A stretch of DNA of 64,000 nt, from contig OZ244999.1 of the NCBI GenBank assembly GCA_965223265.1, positions 2,880,001 through 2,944,000 on the forward strand, written 5' to 3'. A program made the translations under genes and the position numbers. Every line of letters begins with the position of its first letter. Positions within the stretch are counted from its first letter, which is position 1. The stretch comes from Planctomycetota bacterium. GTDB taxonomy: Bacteria; Planctomycetota; UBA8108; SXIK01. The notes under the pieces were generated by a model. The model had not been told where the DNA came from. It worked only from the letters and a program-made list of their open reading frames with translations, and did no database searches. Positions 58,304-64,000 of this stretch are shown here, in pieces.

Positions 58304-59617
58304 CTAGCGCTTCTGGGAGTCTTCGAGGAGCCCCTCCACGGCGGTGGCGGCTTGTTGCCAGATCGGGTCGCCCGAGTTTAGCTGACGGCGCAAGACAGTC
58401 CGGTAGTGCGGCTGTAACCTGAGGCACCTATCGAGAGCGGTCAAAGCCTGGGCGACCTCGCCAAGCCGTAGCCAAATGCGCGCTGCGTCGAAGAGACGCT
58501 GGGCGTCACCAGGTGATCTGCGGACGTATTCCTCGATCACGCGTTCCACAGTTGCGCGGTCGCGGTCTTCGGCCGCAAGAGTAGCTTGCGAGAAGAGTAG
58601 AGCGTCCCACGTTGGATGCCGCTCGAGCGCTTCGCGCAGGAGCTGCCGCGCCGCCGCACGGTCGCCGGCCGCAAAACGAATCCGCGCGCGAGAGATCGGG
58701 TCACGACGAAGGCTCAACTGAACCAGGCGACGTAGCTCCTGGACTGGTCGTGGGTGGTCATCCACGCGCACGTCAACATAGCGATCGTTGAGTCCCGCAT
58801 AGCCACCTCTGAGCCGGACGACCACGCATGCGGCTGACTGCTGCCCACGGACATCGCCGCCAGCGGCCTGTCCGGCTGCGAGCGCTGTGACCAGCCGCTC
58901 CGCCAGCTCGCCGCGGCTTTGGCGGTAGGCCGAGGCCATCGCTTTCACCGTCGCCTCGCTCACCAAGAGGTTTCCTTGCACGGCGAACGCGTCGCCGCGT
59001 TCGTGTCCGGCCCAGGAGTAGCACTCGGCGCCGGTATGGGCAGCCACCCGGCCGTTCGCGCCGACGATGGCGACTTGCCGCTGGGCACTCTGAGGGTCGG
59101 ACGCGAGCAGCGCCTCGAGAGCCTTTTGCGGTGCTTCACCCCTCCTGAGTGCGGCGAGAGCGCGAGGCCCGAACGTCGTGTTGGCGAACGCTTGCGTGGC
59201 GACAGCACCCACCCCGGCCTCCGCCCACGGAACGACCGCGCCGACGGCGAAGAACTTTGACTGCACGGCAACACCGAGGTCCTCAGTCGCGGCGTCGTAG
59301 GCGACAATCGAGAACGTTGCCGTCGGTGTCGTCGTCGCCTGGGGAGATGGGGATGTGTTCGCAGCGTCTGCGGCCGATCGCTTACTGTCGTCACGAACCG
59401 CTGCATGTCGACCGACCTGGCCGCTAGCGGGCGGTGCCCTTGTCACTGTGGCGCAGCTGGCGGCGGTGACGATCAACGCGGCAAAGAGCAGCGCGCTTTC
59501 TGTAACAAAGGCAGCCGCGTCCGAGTGGATGGGCCGTGCTGGACGACTGACACGCGACCAAGCTATAACGTACCAAGTGTCTGGTTGAGTCGCTGAAACT
59601 CGACTTGAATCGTGCAA
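58304..59617 (-). CDS. DUF1028 (Ntn-hydrolase-like) protein with C-terminal TPRs
   Basis: TFSIVAYD...LGVAVQSKFFAVGAVVPWAEAGVGAVATQ, VQGNLL, GGDVRGQQSA, DVRVDDHPRP; start uncertain. Confidence 0.88.
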   Translation of the reverse strand: MHDSSRVSATQPDTWYVIAWSRVSRPARPIHSDAAAFVTESALLFAALIVTAASCATVTRAPPASGQVGRHAAVRDDSKRSAADAANTSPSPQATTTPTATFSIVAYDAATEDLGVAVQSKFFAVGAVVPWAEAGVGAVATQAFANTTFGPRALAALRRGEAPQKALEALLASDPQSAQRQVAIVGANGRVAAHTGAECYSWAGHERGDAFAVQGNLLVSEATVKAMASAYRQSRGELAERLVTALAAGQAAGGDVRGQQSAACVVVRLRGGYAGLNDRYVDVRVDDHPRPVQELRRLVQLSLRRDPISRARIRFAAGDRAAARQLLREALERHPTWDALLFSQATLAAEDRDRATVERVIEEYVRRSPGDAQRLFDAARIWLRLGEVAQALTALDRCLRLQPHYRTVLRRQLNSGDPIWQQAATAVEGLLEDSQKR

Positions 59618-59637
59618 TCGTAGATTGACTCCTGGCG

Positions 59638-60600
59638 ATGATGGAAGCTTTACCGCTATACAGCGATCTCGGCCATTTGAGTTGTCTTGACTATCTCTGC
59701 CTTCTTTTGCCGGACCGATCTCGTCGGATTCTCGCCGAGCTCTTCGCTGCTGGCAAGGTGCGAAGCAATGGGCGTCCTATTTCGCCGCGTTCGCCGGTTG
59801 GCGAGCTGCGAGACCTCGTGCTGCACCAGACGGTCGAGTCCATCGACACGATGTTTGCGCAGTGTCAGCCGGCAGGCGAGCGTCTCGCCGTAGCGGACCC
59901 AACGATCCTTCACGAGGATGGTCGGCTCGTCGTGCTCGCGAAACCAGCTGGCCTGCCGGTGGTGCCGGCACGAGACCGCGGCTGTGGAAGCTGTCTCGAG
60001 TTCCTCACGCGCCGTGAGATGGCCATTCGCGTTCGCAAGGCGCCAGCCGAGTACGTACGCTACCGCGTCGCGCATCGAATCGACCGCATGACGAGTGGCG
60101 TCGTAATCCTAGCAAAGACTCCGGAGGCAGAGCGCCAGCTCGGTGCGGATTTGGCTGCGCGGCGCGTCGTCAAGGAGTACGACGCGTTATTGAGCGGCTG
60201 TGTCGCCGCGGCCCGCGTACGTGTCCTCTGCCCGATCGCGCCGGGGAGGCGGGGTAAGATGCGAGTCGTCGCAGACGATGTGCCCGCCGCCAAGGCGGCT
60301 GAGACGAGGTTCGACGTCATCGAACGTTTCGGTTGCACCACGTGGGTGCGAGCCATCCCGGCGACCGGTCGTCAACACCAGATTCGAGTCCATGCCTGGG
60401 CGTTTGGGCACCCGCTTGCCATCGACCCGCTCTATCGTGGTGCGCAGGGCTGTCGCGCCGTACGCGACATGCATCGTTTGACCCTTCACGCATCGCGCTA
60501 CGAGCTACCGAGAAGCTGGGCGTTACCGCGCGCGTTCGTCGCGCCGCTCCCTGACGATTTCGCCGCAGCCATTGCAGCTTTGCAAGCGTCAGCTCAGTAG
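59638..60600 (+). CDS. RluA-family pseudouridine synthase
   Basis: KPAGLPVVP, HRIDRMTSG, TGRQHQIRVH, GHPLAIDPLY, RLTLHA. Confidence 0.9.
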   Translation: MMEALPLYSDLGHLSCLDYLCLLLPDRSRRILAELFAAGKVRSNGRPISPRSPVGELRDLVLHQTVESIDTMFAQCQPAGERLAVADPTILHEDGRLVVLAKPAGLPVVPARDRGCGSCLEFLTRREMAIRVRKAPAEYVRYRVAHRIDRMTSGVVILAKTPEAERQLGADLAARRVVKEYDALLSGCVAAARVRVLCPIAPGRRGKMRVVADDVPAAKAAETRFDVIERFGCTTWVRAIPATGRQHQIRVHAWAFGHPLAIDPLYRGAQGCRAVRDMHRLTLHASRYELPRSWALPRAFVAPLPDDFAAAIAALQASAQ

Positions 60601-60719
60601 GTTCTCCGAGGCTGAGGGCTCCTGGCGTCGATTGCTGCGCTCATCGGTGACTCGTTCCGCTGCGTTTCCTCGTGCGTGAGTCGCAGCGTGCTGATCCGAC
60701 TGCCTCGGTCCGCAGTTAA

Positions 60720-60878
60720 CAGCCCGTTGAAAAAGTCATTCGGCCGAGAAACTGGCCTCTTCACGCCCAGATCGACTGCGGCGAGCCTCGATAATCTCGG
60801 AGATTACCTACGTTCGCCGCGGCCGATCTGGACGCGAAGCGACCAGTTTTCGACTCGAAGCACTTTTTCAACAGGCTG
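60720..60878. mobile_element. 159-bp MITE/REPIN-like non-autonomous element
   Basis: Terminal inverted repeats CAGCCCGTTGAAAAAGT / ACTTTTTCAACAGGCTG (16/17), TTAA on both flanks, interior is an imperfect palindrome. Confidence 0.8.
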
Positions 60879-60887
60879 TTAAGCACC

Positions 60888-62144
60888 CTACGGGCGCCAC
60901 TTGCCCTGCGCGACGCTTGGCACAAAGTCGTCGAGCCCCGGCGGCGGGAACTCGAGCACCCTTTTTTCTTCCGAAGACTGGTAGCACGCCATCAATGTGC
61001 GCACAACCTCGTGTCCGTCGTGCCACGTTTCGTCAGGCATCGCGGCGCTGAGAAAGCGCTGGACCATGTGACGGTTTTCAGCCTCGTAACCGTAGTAGCC
61101 TGCCTCGTTGGCCAGGACCGGGCTTAACCCTTGCTCTGCGTTTTGTTTCTCGACCAAATCTTCGCCGGCGTCGCCAGAGACGCGGCGGCTGAAGAACACT
61201 TTCAGATCGGAGTCCAACGAGTTAATCGCCATCGCGTACTCCGGGCCGAGAAGCTCAAATGACAATCGTAGACCAGAGCCGACGAAGCTCCACGACGTGC
61301 TCGCCTCGAGGATGAGCTCGTTGCCGTCGGCGTCGGTGTACGATAGGTTCGCGCGCGCAAAGTCTTCGGCTGGTGCTTGGCTATAGTCCACCCCGCTCAT
61401 GTTCTGCTTGAGTTCGGCGGCATATTCGGGGCGACCCCACTTCAGCACCGCGATCGTCGCGTTGACACTCTTAAGTCGAATCGAATCGCGTGGCTTCGAT
61501 GGGTCGGTCAGAAGAAGGCGACCTGCTTCGACGGAATGGCACAGCATGTCGTTGAGGACGCCGCCTCCCTGCCGCGTTCCATCCCAAAACCAAGGATTGT
61601 GGGGTCCGGAGTGTTCTTCCGCCGTGCGCGCTAGATATGGACGCCCGGCGATGGCTGCACCACGGCGCCAGATGATCTCGCGGCCTCGCACGACCGACGG
61701 TGTGAACACCTGATTCTCAAGATACCCGTGCGGCAGGCCGGAGCTGACAGCGAGATCGAGCATTCGCTTCGCTTCCTTGACGTTGCGTCCGAGCGGCTTC
61801 TCGCACGCGACGCCCTTCAGCTCGGCTTTGCCTTGATCATGAAGGCTGAACACTTCCTCAGCGTTCTCGACGCGTTTGTGGTTCGGTCCGGCGATCCATA
61901 TGGCGTCGATTTCAGGAGCGCAAACCATTTCCTCCAGAGAGCTAAAGGCACGGCAGCGTTTGTCGCCACGCGTTCCGACACCGAGGTCGATTGCCTGCTG
62001 CGCAGCACTGGCGGCATTGTCACGATTCGGGCTCCAGATTCCCAGGATATCGGCGTCACGCACGGCCTGAAAACTCTGCAGATGAAAGCGCGTCATGAAC
62101 CCGCTACCGATAAACCCGATTCCAAGTCGGGGGGCATCGCTCAT
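60888..62144 (-). CDS. Gfo/Idh/MocA family oxidoreductase
   Basis: IGFIGSGFM, ACEKPLG, EEHSGPH, GGGVLNDMLCH. Confidence 0.9.
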   Translation of the reverse strand: MSDAPRLGIGFIGSGFMTRFHLQSFQAVRDADILGIWSPNRDNAASAAQQAIDLGVGTRGDKRCRAFSSLEEMVCAPEIDAIWIAGPNHKRVENAEEVFSLHDQGKAELKGVACEKPLGRNVKEAKRMLDLAVSSGLPHGYLENQVFTPSVVRGREIIWRRGAAIAGRPYLARTAEEHSGPHNPWFWDGTRQGGGVLNDMLCHSVEAGRLLLTDPSKPRDSIRLKSVNATIAVLKWGRPEYAAELKQNMSGVDYSQAPAEDFARANLSYTDADGNELILEASTSWSFVGSGLRLSFELLGPEYAMAINSLDSDLKVFFSRRVSGDAGEDLVEKQNAEQGLSPVLANEAGYYGYEAENRHMVQRFLSAAMPDETWHDGHEVVRTLMACYQSSEEKRVLEFPPPGLDDFVPSVAQGKWRP

Positions 62145-62355
62145 CGTGAACTCCGAGGAATTGTCTGTGGGGATAGCTTCTTTCGCACTGTGAGGGTATG
62201 AGTGTAACCCGAACTCGCGGGTGGACCTCGCTAAAGGATGTAAGAATGTGAGTAGCGAAAAGCCATCGTTTTTTCGGTCCAACTTCTCGTCATCCGCGCA
62301 GGTCGCAATGAACGTGGGTCGATCGCTTCTTTTCCGGCCGATTGATTGAGTGCAT

Positions 62356-63588
62356 ATGAAAGTCCTTACTTTGACCCGTGAGTATCCTCCGTACGTCTAC
62401 GGTGGAGCCGGCGTCCATGTCGATCACTTGACCCGTGAGCTTGCACGTATCATGGACGTTGAGGTGCGTTGCTTTGGCGATCAGAGTGCGCCCGGTGCAG
62501 CGTCGCCGAGCGTACGTGGCTTCGTGCCCTCCGAGGCGACGCTGGCGCATGCAGACCGCCTCCTGCGGCGAAGTCTGGAACCCCTCTCGGTGGGGGTTTC
62601 TATGGCCGCAACTCCCGTCGATGCCGACGTGCTGCACTGCCACACGTGGTACTCGATGGCGGCGGGGTTTTGGATGAAGCTACTCTATGATTTGCCTCTC
62701 GTCATCACGACCCACTCTCTTGAACCGCTGCGGCCGTGGAAAGCAGAGCAGCTGGGCCGAGGCTACCAGCTTTCGAGTTGGATCGAGAAGACGGCGATCG
62801 AAGCTGCGGATGCGATCGTCGCGGTTTCGAGCGGAACCCGACGTGAGGTCCTCGACTGCTACGACGTCGATCCGAAACGTGTGCACGTCGTCTACAACGG
62901 CGTCGACCCCAGCGTCTATCGACCGACGGATCCAGCTCCAGCGCTTGCCAAGTACGGCATTCCGAGCGATCGCCCTTACCTGTTGTTTGTCGGGCGTGTC
63001 ACGCGGCAGAAAGGCGTCACCCACCTCGTTCGAGCGCTCGAGCACGTCACGCCGCAGCTGAATGCCGTGTTGTGTGCGGGCGCGCCTGACACGTCGGAGA
63101 TCGAACAGGAGATGGAGGCCGCTGTCAGTGACGTTCGGGCTCGCCGCGGCGGCGTCTACTGGGTGCGCGACATGGTGCCGGTCCCTGATTTGGCAGCGCT
63201 CTACAGCGGCGCATCTCTGTTCGTCTGTCCGTCGATCTACGAGCCATTCGGGATCATTAACCTCGAGGCGATGGCGACAGGATGTCCGGTCGTCGCCAGC
63301 AGTGTTGGCGGCATCCCCGAGGTGGTCGTCGACGGTGAGACTGGAGTCCTGGTGTCGTTCGAGCCTCGCGGCAACGGTGATTTCGCGCCCAAAGACCCCG
63401 AACGCTTTGCCGTCGATCTCGCCGCCGCGATCGAGTCCCTTCACGCCGATCCTGACGCGCGCGCTAGAATGGGAGAGGCCGGGCGCAAACGCGTCGCGGA
63501 GCTGTTCACCTGGCCGAGCATCGCGGCTCAGACAAAGTCGCTCTACGAGCGTGTTGTGGCCGCTACATCTGGCGCGCATTCGCGCTGA
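62356..63588 (+). CDS. glgA: Glycogen synthase, actinobacterial GlgA/GlgM type (GT4)
   Basis: MKVLTLTREYPPYVYGGAGVHV, HSLEPLRPWKAEQLG, FVGRVTRQKG, CPSIYEPFGIINLEAMA. Confidence 0.9.
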   Translation: MKVLTLTREYPPYVYGGAGVHVDHLTRELARIMDVEVRCFGDQSAPGAASPSVRGFVPSEATLAHADRLLRRSLEPLSVGVSMAATPVDADVLHCHTWYSMAAGFWMKLLYDLPLVITTHSLEPLRPWKAEQLGRGYQLSSWIEKTAIEAADAIVAVSSGTRREVLDCYDVDPKRVHVVYNGVDPSVYRPTDPAPALAKYGIPSDRPYLLFVGRVTRQKGVTHLVRALEHVTPQLNAVLCAGAPDTSEIEQEMEAAVSDVRARRGGVYWVRDMVPVPDLAALYSGASLFVCPSIYEPFGIINLEAMATGCPVVASSVGGIPEVVVDGETGVLVSFEPRGNGDFAPKDPERFAVDLAAAIESLHADPDARARMGEAGRKRVAELFTWPSIAAQTKSLYERVVAATSGAHSR

Positions 63589-63624
63589 CGAGGACAGGGC
63601 AGAATCGCGTCAGTGGTCGACGAT

Positions 63625-63999
63625 CTACGGGCAGAGACCAGGAACTGGCTGAAGGTCCAGCTGCGTCTTGTCGCCCCCGAGCAGCGCTCGCACCCTGCGT
63701 TCGCGTTCCGCGACCTCGTCATCGCTTGTATGGACTGAAAACGTCAGCGAGGCAGTGAAGCTGGCGCCGCCCTCGAGCGTTGGGACGCGCCCGTTTTCGC
63801 GCTCGAACTGTCGGTTGTTGGGGAAGTTAGTCGCTGGCTCGATGCCCGTGACGTAGCCGTCGCCCGTAGCGGCGGTATTCTTCCAGATCGTCAGATGGGG
63901 CAACTCGTGCAGCGAGAATCTGATCGAAGCACCTCGTGAGCCAGCCGCGTTTTTCAGCAGCACCTCGGTCTCTCCTAAATCGTTTCCTTTGAGCGCGAG
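63625..63999 (-). CDS. Aldose 1-epimerase-like (DUF4432) protein, C-terminal part; 5' end lies outside the window
   Basis: LPHLTIWKNT...DGYVTGIEPATNFPN. Confidence 0.8.
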   Translation of the reverse strand, partial: LALKGNDLGETEVLLKNAAGSRGASIRFSLHELPHLTIWKNTAATGDGYVTGIEPATNFPNNRQFERENGRVPTLEGGASFTASLTFSVHTSDDEVAERERRVRALLGGDKTQLDLQPVPGLCP

Positions 64000-64000
64000 A

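Overview
GC-rich (roughly 60-65% by eye), gene-dense chromosomal window with about 41 supportable CDS. It most likely comes from a PVC-superphylum bacterium, probably Planctomycetota: it carries a DUF1549/DUF1553-DUF1501-PPC cluster, a giant PQQ-propeller/TPR protein, a planctomycete-type hydrolase and HEAT-repeat proteins. I found no rRNA, tRNA, CRISPR array or intact transposase. Housekeeping genes include cysCDN, metH, glgA/glgM, argE-like, pgl-like, a hydroxyacid-oxoacid transhydrogenase and two RluA synthases. Two envelope-associated loci stand out as possibly undescribed systems. (1) An exported TPR-CHAT caspase-like protease, an atypical orphan lipidated secretin and a HEAT lipoprotein lie behind a sigma-54-type promoter and a structured leader (19.7-27.8 kb). 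(2) An MlaE/F/D (MCE) transporter is co-oriented with a (W/F)P(F/L)-repeat lipoprotein and a ~1780-aa beta-propeller/TPR/CBM9-like protein (2.3-12.0 kb). A 159-bp TTAA-flanked hairpin MITE and a related solo end are also present. All family calls are from motif recognition by eye; no database searches were run.
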